Source: Elusimicrobiota bacterium
GTDB lineage: Bacteria; Elusimicrobiota; Elusimicrobia; 2-01-FULL-59-12
Direction of reading: 5' to 3'
Assembly: GCA_041660185.1 (NCBI GenBank)
Contig: JBAZWU010000011.1
Location: 28,883-92,882 of the forward strand
Length of the DNA stretch: 64,000 nt
Position 1 is the first letter of the stretch; the number at the start of each line of letters is the position of its first letter. The notes beneath the pieces are model-generated. The model was not told where the DNA came from, did no database searches, and worked only from the letters and a program-made list of their open reading frames with translations. Position numbers and translations under genes: made by a program. Below, one piece after another: positions 36,938 to 46,000 of the stretch.

Positions 36938-38592
36938 GACTGAATTTTAGACGAACCTTCTGGCTTCTGGCTGTTCCCCTTGGATTTTTCCAAGCCTGGG
37001 CCCTCCGGTTTAACATGGACCCCGACGGGATTTCTTATCTCGAAGTGGCTCAAGCCTATGCGCAAGGCCGATGGAACGACGCCTTCAACGCCTACTGGAG
37101 CCCGCTCTTTTCATGGATCCTGGCGGTCTTCCTGAAAGTGGTACATCCTTCCTCTTACTGGGAATTTCCGCTGATTCACCTGATCATTTTTTTCATTTAC
37201 CTGTTTGTGCTGGCAAGCTTTGACGACCTGCTCCGGCAGTTCCTGGCCTGGCACAAGACCCCCGCCGCCGATGCGGATCCCGGCTGGCACACGCTTCCGG
37301 AAGCGCTCTGGGAATGGATCGGGTACGCTCTGATTCTCTGGTGCACACTCTGGGCCCTGGGCCTGGCGCAAGCCACACCCAACCTGCTGGTGAGCGGATT
37401 TATTTTTCTGTCGGTCGGAATCGCTTTCCGTCTGCAGCGGGAAAATGTCTCCGGATGGCTTTATGTTTTATCGGGAGTCGTCCTTGGATTCGCTTATTTT
37501 GCCAAAGCCTATGCGTTCCTTTTCGGAGTGGCCTGGATCCTGGGGATGACGGGCGCGGCCTTTCTTCAGCGGCGGCCTATTCGACGTTATGCGCTGACCT
37601 TGGCTGTTTTTATTATCGTAACCGGCCCTTATATAGGCCTGTTGTCCCGGACGAAAAAACACTGGACCTTTGGCGACGCTTCATCCATCAATTACGCGGT
37701 CCATGTCAATCAAGCCCTTCCCTTGCCTTTCTGGACCGGGGATTTCCCGCCTGGCAGCGTGGCCAAACGCCTGGTTCGACAAATCATGAACCATCCGACG
37801 ATTTATGAATTTGATCGAGACATTCCTGCCAGTTTTCCCCTCTGGTATGACCCGGCTTACTGGATGGACGGCTTACGGCCCCGTTTTTCTGTCCGGGATC
37901 ACCTGAGCGCCTGGCGCGGGCATCTGAATGAATACACCCGGCTTCTTTTTTATGAACAGATCAGTCTCTGGACCGGAACGTTGATTCTCTTCGGGATGGC
38001 CCGGCGCTGGAAGCGGCTGATCAAACACGGGTGGCCGCTGCTGGTGCCGGCGCTGATCGGCTTTGGCATCTTCGCTCCGGTGCTGATGGCCAACAGCTAC
38101 ATCGCGCCGTTTATTGTTCTCGGCTGGCTGGGGATTCTGGCTGGGTTGGAATTTCCAACCGATGGGGTCACTTCGCGATGGTTGAGGCGCGTCGCGGGCG
38201 TTATGATCGCTGTCCCGCTTCTGCAAGTCGGTTACCGAATCGTCTCAGTTGTGCCGACGCGTTCAACCCCGTTCCACTGGCAGGTGGCGCAGAAGCTGCA
38301 CGAGTTAGGCCTGCGTCCGGGGGACCGGGTGGCGAGCTTTGACACCGGCTTTGGACAGTTCTGGGCGCATATCGGCGGATTTCGCCTGATCGCTGAAATT
38401 ACCGTTCCTGAGGAAGTGACCCTTATTACTCCGTCGAAGATGACGGAAATCGTTGGGGTCTTACGGGCGAAGGGCATTCGCGCATTCGTGGGACGGCAGG
38501 AACTGATTCCAGAAGACAGCCTCGGCGGCTGGCAACAACTTCACAACACACCTTACGCCGTTTACCTGATCAACCCAACTGAGGGGACGTAG
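36934..38592 (+). CDS. GT-C fold membrane glycosyltransferase (ArnT/PMT-like), paralogue 2 (ATGA overlap with paralogue 1)
   Basis: 'MRLNFRRTFWLLAVPLGFFQAWALRFNMDPDGISYLEVAQAYAQGRWNDAFNAYWSPLFSW' parallels paralogue 1. Its ATG at 36934 overlaps the TGA of the upstream gene. Confidence 0.6.
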   Translation: MRLNFRRTFWLLAVPLGFFQAWALRFNMDPDGISYLEVAQAYAQGRWNDAFNAYWSPLFSWILAVFLKVVHPSSYWEFPLIHLIIFFIYLFVLASFDDLLRQFLAWHKTPAADADPGWHTLPEALWEWIGYALILWCTLWALGLAQATPNLLVSGFIFLSVGIAFRLQRENVSGWLYVLSGVVLGFAYFAKAYAFLFGVAWILGMTGAAFLQRRPIRRYALTLAVFIIVTGPYIGLLSRTKKHWTFGDASSINYAVHVNQALPLPFWTGDFPPGSVAKRLVRQIMNHPTIYEFDRDIPASFPLWYDPAYWMDGLRPRFSVRDHLSAWRGHLNEYTRLLFYEQISLWTGTLILFGMARRWKRLIKHGWPLLVPALIGFGIFAPVLMANSYIAPFIVLGWLGILAGLEFPTDGVTSRWLRRVAGVMIAVPLLQVGYRIVSVVPTRSTPFHWQVAQKLHELGLRPGDRVASFDTGFGQFWAHIGGFRLIAEITVPEEVTLITPSKMTEIVGVLRAKGIRAFVGRQELIPEDSLGGWQQLHNTPYAVYLINPTEGT

Positions 38593-38658
38593 TTGCAACT
38601 TTGCATCGACTACGCCTCTCGTTGGCAAAGACAGCTGCAAAGTTGCAACTACGTCCCC
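38583..38658. repeat. REP pair (BIME-like): 23-bp 'GGGGACGTAGTTGCAACTTTGCA' and its inverted copy separated by 30 bp
   Basis: Forward copy 38583-38605, inverted copy 38636-38658. They sit between convergent gene ends. Confidence 0.85.
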
Positions 38659-39158
38659 TCCCCCAGACCCATCAGATCGACCATCGCTTGTTCGACGAGG
38701 CGGATCATGGGTGAGGGTTCTGTGCTGGGGCTTGGCGGCGGAGGATTATGGCTGGCTTTTCGGATCGCTTCCCGTAAATCAAAAATCTCATAGGCGGGGA
38801 TGACCCGCCCTTCATCGGCCAGTGCGCGGATCAACTGAAGCTGATGGTTATTCACATGCTCGCCATAGCGAGCCAGGCGCGGCACCACAATGGGGACTTT
38901 ACCGAGTGAGATCGCCTGCAGAAGCGTCCCGCAGCCGCCGTGACAGATGATGAGCCGGGCCTCCTTCAGGCACTCGAGAAAACGGTCCGCGGAAAGAAAA
39001 GCTTCGGTCCGGCTGTGACGGGGTTGGAAGTTTTCATTATGGCCCGTCTGCATAAAGACCGGCTCGCCTTGAAAGAGCGGGGTACCGGCCAGCGCGTCGA
39101 CCGCTTCCAACAGCCGGGAGAACCCCTGAGTCGCGTTGCCGACGGTCACAAAGATCAT
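38649..39158 (-). CDS. Alg13-like glycosyltransferase subunit (GT28 C-terminal domain; PssE-like)
   Basis: 'MIFVTVGNATQGFSRLLEAVDAL...LIICHGGCGTLLQAISLGKVPIVVPR...HQLQLIRALADEG' matches the Alg13/MurG-C pattern. The start is placed at MIFVTVG; an earlier in-frame Met at ~39260 is possible. Confidence 0.7.
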   Translation of the reverse strand: MIFVTVGNATQGFSRLLEAVDALAGTPLFQGEPVFMQTGHNENFQPRHSRTEAFLSADRFLECLKEARLIICHGGCGTLLQAISLGKVPIVVPRLARYGEHVNNHQLQLIRALADEGRVIPAYEIFDLREAIRKASHNPPPPSPSTEPSPMIRLVEQAMVDLMGLGEGT

Positions 39159-39240
39159 GGTTCGACTCCGTGGTTCGACAGGCTCACCACTCTGAGCGTA
39201 GTCGAAGAGCTCACCATGACCCTGAGCGATTGTCGAAGGG

Positions 39241-39684
39241 TCACAACAACAACCCTCCATAAACGGCTTTGGGAAAGTAACGTCCAAGCGGTTTCCACTG
39301 ATAAAAAAAGCGGTCAGCCAGATAGTACATGACACGGCCCGTGAGTGAAGGCTCCGTCACCTGAGCCGAAATTTCCACAAAGATAACAGGGATACGGAGC
39401 AGTTTGGCAACCAGCGCAAAAGGCACCGCTGGTCCCGCTCCGGTGCTCAACAGAAGTCCGGGCCGTTCCCGGCGGAGGATGCGCCACGCTTCCCACAGAT
39501 TCACCAAAAATAGCCAGTCTCGCTCGGAATGACGGATGAAACAGGTCTTCCCTTCCATGTCCGGCGGCAGTGTGATCCGGTCGTTGATGACAAAGAAGTG
39601 GTCATCCTTCCCGTAGACGGGACGCAGGCGCCTGGCCTCGGTCAAGTGACCGCCGCACGAAGCGATGATGGCAATTTTTTTCAT
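39241..39684 (-). CDS. Alg14-like glycosyltransferase membrane-anchor subunit (PssD-like)
   Basis: 'MKKIAIIASCGGHLTEARRLRP...LLLSTGAGPAVPFALVAKLLRIPVIFVEI' matches the Alg14 pattern. It pairs with the downstream Alg13-like gene. Confidence 0.7.
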   Translation of the reverse strand: MKKIAIIASCGGHLTEARRLRPVYGKDDHFFVINDRITLPPDMEGKTCFIRHSERDWLFLVNLWEAWRILRRERPGLLLSTGAGPAVPFALVAKLLRIPVIFVEISAQVTEPSLTGRVMYYLADRFFYQWKPLGRYFPKAVYGGLLL

Positions 39685-40292
39685 TACTTTTGAGCCGTTA
39701 AGATCATCGACTTCCAAAAATACGGGAAACGTCCCACTCCCCTGAAGCGAAGATTCTTGAAACCTGCCTTTTGCGCCATCTCCGCCAGCGTGCCTTTCGA
39801 GAAGAATTTAATGTGACCGCCGTCCCAATCCACCCCATGGTGCCGGTCCCAGCCACCCAGAACAGCGAGCGCCAGATTTTTCCAGTAGCCGTGGTAGGGT
39901 GTTGAAAGGATCAGGTGCCCGCCTTCCTCGAGCAGCCGGTAGCTCTGCGCGAAAAACGCCTTCGGGTCAAAGAGATGCTCCACGACCTCCAGCGCCACGA
40001 CACCGTCCACAGGGCCCTTCCAGCGCTCGACGATATCCTCGTCGTAAACCGAGGCCACTTCCAAGCGAAGATCCGGGTGGGACTGGCGGGCTCGCTGGAT
40101 TTCCTCCTCAGAAGCGTCGAACCCCTGGACGGTGTGTCCGGCCGCGCTGTAGCAGGCCGCGCCGTAGCCGTCTCCGCATCCGACATCCACTAAACGCAGA
40201 CCCCGGCCACGTGAAATCCGATTCAGAATTTCCAGAATAACCGGGACCAGGTACTGGTCCGCGTAATGATGTTCGGCTCCGTGCTGACTCAT
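39684..40292 (-). CDS. class I SAM-dependent methyltransferase
   Basis: 'LRLVDVGCGDGYGAACYSAAGHTVQGFDASEEEI' is motif I, followed by an acidic residue. Confidence 0.8.
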   Translation of the reverse strand: MSQHGAEHHYADQYLVPVILEILNRISRGRGLRLVDVGCGDGYGAACYSAAGHTVQGFDASEEEIQRARQSHPDLRLEVASVYDEDIVERWKGPVDGVVALEVVEHLFDPKAFFAQSYRLLEEGGHLILSTPYHGYWKNLALAVLGGWDRHHGVDWDGGHIKFFSKGTLAEMAQKAGFKNLRFRGVGRFPYFWKSMILTAQK

Positions 40293-41443
40293 GACGGCTC
40301 TCCTATCCGGCGCAACTGGTGGCTTGTTTGAAGCGTCCGATATCCGTCCATGACCTGTGCGGCCAGACGCTCCCAGCTGAATTCCTGCCGGACCCAGGCG
40401 CGGCCCCGTTCCCCCATGGGACGACGGTCATTGCGGCGCATTTGTTCCATCGCCTCAAAAAGATAGGTCGGATGATTGGAAACCCAGAACCCGCACCGTT
40501 TCTCCTCCAGGCGCGACCAGGGGGTTCCCGTGCTGGCGATGACCGGCACGCCATGCGCCAGGGCTTCGGCGATCACAATCCCGAAGCTTTCCGAGTGAGA
40601 CGGGACCACGGCGGCATCCGCCCGGGCAAACAACTCTCCCTTTTGCGCGGAAGAAACAGCTCCCAGCCACCGCACGCGCCGCCCCACTCCAAGCTCGACA
40701 GCCAATGCCTTCAGTGCGGCGACGTAATCAGACGTACCGTCCCCGGCAATCGTCAGAGTCCAATTCCCTGTTTCCGGACGATCAAACAGGCGGCAAGCTT
40801 GCAGCAGATTCTCCAATCCCTTGATCGGATTAATCCGGCCAAGATAAACCATTCGAAATTGCCCTTCAGCCGGAACATGACCCGGCGCCTCCGGGATCTC
40901 CACGCCGTTGGGAATAACCAGCGACTCTTTCCCGGGGAAACGCGCCAGACTTTGTTTCTTTTCGTCCTCAGAGGTGAAATGGAACAGGAAATCGGCCGGG
41001 AGCATCCAGCGACAGCCGCCTTCCCACGCGCGTTTCAGACCCACATGCCGGGTGTGTTCCCAGCGCTGCAACGCGCCCCGTGGCGACCACAGGACCGGCT
41101 TACGCATGACTTTCGCCAGCGCCAGTGTCGGTATCACCGGGAAGGAATATACCGCCATGAGATGAACCACATCCGCCCAGCGTAGAATTTCCGGCAAGCG
41201 TCCCAGGAGTTCCAGTGAAATTGATTCCGGCGCTAACCGGCGGCAGTAGCGAACGGGGAAACCGGAAACATCCCGGGTCTCCGCCGCTTTCAGCGTATCG
41301 GAGGGACCGTTGGCATTCGTCGTAAGCACGCGGATCCGGCAACCCTGCCGCGACAGCGCCTGGCAGAGCCGGTAAACAGACTGCGTCGGTCCGCCGTAAA
41401 CCGTGGCCGGGAAGAAGGAGGGAACGATGTGCGCCACGTTCAA
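40289..41443 (-). CDS. glycosyltransferase family 4 (group 1)
   Basis: 'MNVAHIVPSFFPATVYGGPTQSVYRLCQALSRQGCRIRVLT' and a C-terminal 'ESFGIVIAEALAHGVPVIAS' (E-x7-E motif region). Confidence 0.85.
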   Translation of the reverse strand: MNVAHIVPSFFPATVYGGPTQSVYRLCQALSRQGCRIRVLTTNANGPSDTLKAAETRDVSGFPVRYCRRLAPESISLELLGRLPEILRWADVVHLMAVYSFPVIPTLALAKVMRKPVLWSPRGALQRWEHTRHVGLKRAWEGGCRWMLPADFLFHFTSEDEKKQSLARFPGKESLVIPNGVEIPEAPGHVPAEGQFRMVYLGRINPIKGLENLLQACRLFDRPETGNWTLTIAGDGTSDYVAALKALAVELGVGRRVRWLGAVSSAQKGELFARADAAVVPSHSESFGIVIAEALAHGVPVIASTGTPWSRLEEKRCGFWVSNHPTYLFEAMEQMRRNDRRPMGERGRAWVRQEFSWERLAAQVMDGYRTLQTSHQLRRIGEPS

Positions 41444-42921
41444 GGGTTGGCCCTCCGTTCGCGCACCCAGCGCAGCGCCACAATGTAAATGATGATGCTC
41501 TGGAGAATGGAACCAAAGGATGGCGCCAACGCCGTCTCGATATTAATCAGGCTGGTGAGAATAACGGCAAAGATGGCGATGCCGCCTTCGCCGGCGTTCT
41601 CATGATTAAACAGACGTTCCATCGTGGCATAGACCATACCCAGAATCCCCATGATGAACAGCACCCCCAGCGCTCCAAAATTGACGTAGCTTTCAACCAG
41701 GTGCGGCATGCCGATGGAGGTTGTCCCGATGCTGGCCGGGTCCTGTAAGCCGTAGGCCACACCAAAAAATTCGTTCGCCACCTGGGCATTCGGCTTCTTG
41801 GGCCAGATGGCCCGCGGGATTAAGGTGTAAATAAAATAGTCGTACGTTTTCCCTAATTGGAACGGAACATGGCGCGGCGTCATGGTCAACACATGGCCGA
41901 ACAGATGAATACAGTCCGTCCGCTGGATGGAACTTCGGGTACTCGATTGAACGCTCCGGCGGCCGTGCAGCAGGTCATTCCAACTGGTCACAGACAGAGT
42001 CGACCAGATCGCGATGCGGTCAAAGATACTGGTACTGGCCATCCCCTGTTTCCAGACCATATTCCGGTATTCCCCTTTTATCGGCTGGATAAAAGCGAAG
42101 AAAAGGACACCGATCATCGCAAAGTGCCAGGGGAACTTCTTCCGTGCCATCCAGTTAACAGACGTCACGATCAGGATCGGATCCAATAGATTTCGCACGT
42201 TGCCCATCGCCATTCCCAGCATGACCAGGATGGCGAAGATGACGACATAAGCCAGCCGCCCCCACCACCGCAGATTTCCCTTCAGAAAGTACCAGTACAA
42301 CAGGCCAAAACCGAGCAGCGACAATTTAATCATGAGACCGTACACGGCAAACAGGCGCGGCGGAATGACGACGCGTTCAGTCAGGCCAAGCCACAAGAGC
42401 GCGCTGCCGGTGATCCCCATCACGGTGGCGAGCGGCTGCGCCCGGACCGCCTCAAGTGTCAGGCGTACCTTAGGGACCAGAAGATTCAGTATGGAAAAAC
42501 GGAAGAACCAGAAACCGCACTCCAGCGCGATGATTCCCGCAAGCGTCAGCCGCAACGCCCTCTCGGTATATCGCGCGGGGACGATCAGGATCCCCCCTCC
42601 CCAGGAGGATTCGACCAAGGGTTCAGCATAGAAGGCGGGCAGGGCGTAACTGGCCGCATAAACCAGACAGATAATCGGGAACACCGGCACGCCCGGCTGA
42701 CGTTTGGCCAGATGAATGACGCTCGGCAAAAGACAAACCAGCACGACCAGATAGGCCAACCCCTGCTGCACGATCGAGACGTCCGGCCGCGTCACGTAAC
42801 GGAGGATCGGGATTAAAATCAAACTCAACAGAAAATAGCCGAACCAGACCTGGAACGCCCGGCCCTCGATGGGCCGCTGGGGCAGGCGGCTAAAACGGAT
42901 GTTGGTCACGGCATTATTCAC
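41440..42921 (-). CDS. polytopic membrane protein, O-antigen/EPS polymerase-like (Wzy-type) candidate
   Basis: 493 aa with more than 10 TM segments and a larger loop. It sits in the glycan locus between a GT and an amidotransferase. Assigned by context only. Confidence 0.45.
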   Translation of the reverse strand: MNNAVTNIRFSRLPQRPIEGRAFQVWFGYFLLSLILIPILRYVTRPDVSIVQQGLAYLVVLVCLLPSVIHLAKRQPGVPVFPIICLVYAASYALPAFYAEPLVESSWGGGILIVPARYTERALRLTLAGIIALECGFWFFRFSILNLLVPKVRLTLEAVRAQPLATVMGITGSALLWLGLTERVVIPPRLFAVYGLMIKLSLLGFGLLYWYFLKGNLRWWGRLAYVVIFAILVMLGMAMGNVRNLLDPILIVTSVNWMARKKFPWHFAMIGVLFFAFIQPIKGEYRNMVWKQGMASTSIFDRIAIWSTLSVTSWNDLLHGRRSVQSSTRSSIQRTDCIHLFGHVLTMTPRHVPFQLGKTYDYFIYTLIPRAIWPKKPNAQVANEFFGVAYGLQDPASIGTTSIGMPHLVESYVNFGALGVLFIMGILGMVYATMERLFNHENAGEGGIAIFAVILTSLINIETALAPSFGSILQSIIIYIVALRWVRERRANP

Positions 42922-45900
42922 AACACTTCTTTCCTTCCGTCCAGAATGGTTTCAAGACGCTGACGAAAACGCTCAACGGAAAACGTTTGTTCCAAGTGTT
43001 CCCGGCCCGCTTCTCCGAACCGGCTGGCCAGTGCCGCGTCTTTCAACAACAACACCAGAGCCGCGACCAGGGACGATCCCTGGCGGGGTTCCACGAGCAG
43101 CCCGGTCACATCATGAACAACCACTTCCGGAACACCACCGGCCCGCGCGCCCACACAGGGCTTGCCATGCGACATCGCTTCCAGAAAAACGATCCCGAAT
43201 CCTTCGCCTTCGCTCGGCAGGGCGAACACATCGCAGGCCTCGTAATAGGATGGAAGATCGGCTCCGGATACACGGCCGGCAAATATAACCTGTTGATTAA
43301 CTCCACAGCGCCGGGCCAAGGCTTCCAGACGGGAACGGTCAGGACCGTCGCCGACCACCACCAGAAAAGCCGCTGGGACGTCCCGCCGGACATCCGAAAG
43401 ACGTTCGATCATCCAGTCGATATTTTTGTAATGTTCCGCATCCGACAGCCGGGAAACAGTCAGAATCATCGGGCCCTCGGGAAGAGACAACTCCCGCCGT
43501 GTTTTCATGACCACGCGGTTGTTAAAAGCAGGATCGATCGTATCCGGAAAAACATCCCCCTGCTCCGGCGATAGCCCATTGCGCGAGAGCATCTGATCGA
43601 GCGTATACCGGCTGACCGCCAGAATCCGTGACATCTTTCGCAAACCCAGACGGCGCAAAAGCGGCAGCTTCTGCCAGACATCTATTCCATGAGCGATCGC
43701 ATAGGACTGGCTGTTCTTTTTTTGCATCCAGACGAGCGGCGAGAAATGCGCATGGCCAAAGAACGCACCGTCCGCTTTTCGTAAGGAACAAACCGCCTGT
43801 TTGAAGAACCTGAGCCGGCTTCCTCCAAAAGAACGCACGTCGGCACCGGCCAGCCGCCGGGCGGTCGGGGCATCATGCAAGACCAGAAACTGCAGCGCCC
43901 ATCCTCGCTCTTTGGCGATGGCGCGCAAGGCCGCCACCAAAGCTCGATTGAAGGTCGTAATACCGCCCAGCGCTCCAAAGAGATCCGTCAGCAAGACAAC
44001 CCATTGCGGTTTGGGGACAAATCGAAAGGTCCTGAAGTCGTCATTCCCCGCGGCCACTGGCGGGGAATCCAAAATTGTCGTACGGCATTGCTGGATCCCC
44101 GGCCAGTTACCGCCGGGGATGACGTCATTTGATCCGCCATAAAATCGAGCCACAATCACCGTGGCCCAGGCGCGGGACCAGTGCAGGCGGCCGGCGCGAA
44201 CCCCGGCCCAGATGGCTTGCACCGCTTTCCGTTCCAGCGGCGTATGCTCCAGCGCCATGGCTTCGAAATCATCCGCTTTTTGACGGAACCACTCGCCGAA
44301 AGGAAACGTGAAACCTTGCTTCGGGCGATCCCACACCTCCCGCGGAAACTCCGGGCCCATCGCTTCGACCAGAAGCCCTTTGGACTGGCTGGACCGCCGG
44401 ACGTCCGGCGGCAGGCGCAGGATTTCCTCAACCAGACGATGGTCTAGAAACGGCACACGCAGCTCCAGCGAATGGGCCATGCTCATCACATCGCTGTCTT
44501 TCAGCAACTGGTTCTGGAGATAGTGATCGAACTCCAAAAGTCGCAGGCGTTCTTCCTCCGGGAAGCGCTTGAGGACGTCGACCCCTTCAGGAACCCAGCG
44601 CGCGCGTTCGGTATCGCGTACGCTTACACCGAGAAGCCCGGCGATGCGTTCCGGCGGAAAAAGAGCTCGGAAAAGACGATACGGAGAGGCCGGATCCATA
44701 TCCCTCAGACACCAGAGCTTGTCCGCAACACCGGGATGGGACGGACGGCTCAGGGATTCCACCAGGCTCAGCAAAGGACCCCGCACACCCGGCGGCACGC
44801 ACGAAATCCCACGCACAGCAGCGCCGATCCACCGGGCGTGATGGAGATGGCGGTATCCCGAAAACAGCTCGTCCCCCCCCAGTCCGGAGAGGACCACTTT
44901 GAGTCCGGCCTCGTGCGCGGCTTTGGACACGACATAGGTATTGATGCCGTCGAGTGTGGGCTGGTCCATCGCCGCCAGCATCCGGGGCAGTTCGTCTTCA
45001 AACGCCTGCCGGCGCACCCGGATTTCCCGGTGGTCTGTGCCGTACTGGCGCGCCACCAGGCGCGCGTAACGCCCCTCATCGTAGGCGGGTTCATCGAAGA
45101 GGACCGACAACGTCGTGACATGCCCCGGCTGAAGACGGCTGGCCAGCGCCGTCAGTGAAGAGGAATCAATGCCTCCGCTGAGGAAAATTCCAAGCGGGAC
45201 ATCGCTGATCAAGTGCCCTTGAACCGCGTCCAGCAGCTGCCGGCGTGTTTCTTCCACGGCTTCCAGACGGGTGACGGGCCGGACGGGTTGATCCAAAACT
45301 CGAGCCAGGTCCCAGTAGTTTGTGGGTTCCACCGGACCGCGGCCCAACGACAGATAATGTCCGGCTGGAAGACTCCAGACCTTTTGAACGGTGGTTAGAG
45401 GAGCAGGGACCGATCCAAGCTCCAAAAATCGCAGGAGGCTCTCGGCGTTTAGCCGGTCGGGGATAAGCCCGCTGGCTTGCATGGCCCGCACCTCGGAGGC
45501 AAAAAGAATTTTCTCGTGGTCTTGATAGTAGTAAAGCGGTTTAATGCCGAAACGGTCACGGGCCAGAAACAGGCGCGGGCCGGAGCGAGCCGACAGATCC
45601 AAGAGCGCGAAAGCGAACATTCCCCGCAGGTGTTCCAGAAGCCCTTCCATCCCCCACGCTTCATATCCGTGCACCAGGACCTCGGTATCGGTGCGCGAAA
45701 CGAAACGATGGCCCGCGGTTTCCAGTTCCCGGCGCAGATCCTGAAAATTGTAGATTTCCCCGTTGAAAACAACCTGAACGGTCTGGTCTTCATTGGCCAT
45801 CGGTTGGCGGCCGGCGGAGGAGGTGTCCAGAATGGAGAGACGGCGGTGGCCCAGGAGCGCCTGCGGATGGCGGAATAACCCCTGATCGTCAGGGCCGCGG

Positions 45901-45992
45901 TGAAGCTGTGCATCCAGCATCCGCTCGACGCCCTGAATCTCCGGCGGCGCTACAACTCCCTGGGTGCGAAAGAGGCCAGCGATGCCGCACAT
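42918..45992 (-). CDS. fusion protein: asparagine synthetase (glutamine-hydrolysing, AsnB/WbpS-like amidotransferase) + GT4 glycosyltransferase
   Basis: The N-terminus 'MCGIAGLFRTQGV' is a class-II GATase Cys2. 'FLSGGIDSS' is a PP-loop. The C-terminal ~380 aa is 'RFVPKPQWVVLLTDLFGALGGITTF...EGFGIVFLEAMSHGKPCVGARAGGVPEVV' (GT4). The inter-domain linker is encoded by a hairpin repeat. Confidence 0.8.
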   Translation of the reverse strand: MCGIAGLFRTQGVVAPPEIQGVERMLDAQLHRGPDDQGLFRHPQALLGHRRLSILDTSSAGRQPMANEDQTVQVVFNGEIYNFQDLRRELETAGHRFVSRTDTEVLVHGYEAWGMEGLLEHLRGMFAFALLDLSARSGPRLFLARDRFGIKPLYYYQDHEKILFASEVRAMQASGLIPDRLNAESLLRFLELGSVPAPLTTVQKVWSLPAGHYLSLGRGPVEPTNYWDLARVLDQPVRPVTRLEAVEETRRQLLDAVQGHLISDVPLGIFLSGGIDSSSLTALASRLQPGHVTTLSVLFDEPAYDEGRYARLVARQYGTDHREIRVRRQAFEDELPRMLAAMDQPTLDGINTYVVSKAAHEAGLKVVLSGLGGDELFSGYRHLHHARWIGAAVRGISCVPPGVRGPLLSLVESLSRPSHPGVADKLWCLRDMDPASPYRLFRALFPPERIAGLLGVSVRDTERARWVPEGVDVLKRFPEEERLRLLEFDHYLQNQLLKDSDVMSMAHSLELRVPFLDHRLVEEILRLPPDVRRSSQSKGLLVEAMGPEFPREVWDRPKQGFTFPFGEWFRQKADDFEAMALEHTPLERKAVQAIWAGVRAGRLHWSRAWATVIVARFYGGSNDVIPGGNWPGIQQCRTTILDSPPVAAGNDDFRTFRFVPKPQWVVLLTDLFGALGGITTFNRALVAALRAIAKERGWALQFLVLHDAPTARRLAGADVRSFGGSRLRFFKQAVCSLRKADGAFFGHAHFSPLVWMQKKNSQSYAIAHGIDVWQKLPLLRRLGLRKMSRILAVSRYTLDQMLSRNGLSPEQGDVFPDTIDPAFNNRVVMKTRRELSLPEGPMILTVSRLSDAEHYKNIDWMIERLSDVRRDVPAAFLVVVGDGPDRSRLEALARRCGVNQQVIFAGRVSGADLPSYYEACDVFALPSEGEGFGIVFLEAMSHGKPCVGARAGGVPEVVVHDVTGLLVEPRQGSSLVAALVLLLKDAALASRFGEAGREHLEQTFSVERFRQRLETILDGRKEVL
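44037..44127. repeat. double-hairpin repeat (CGTCATTCCCCGCGG family), copy 3, located in-frame inside the AsnB-GT4 fusion as the interdomain linker
   Basis: 'gtcattccccgcggccactggcggggaatcc...ccccggccagttaccgccggggatgacg'. It is translated (minus strand) as '...NDVIPGGNWPGIQQCRTTILDSPPVAAGNDD'. Confidence 0.75.
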
Positions 45993-46000
45993 GGGGGGCC

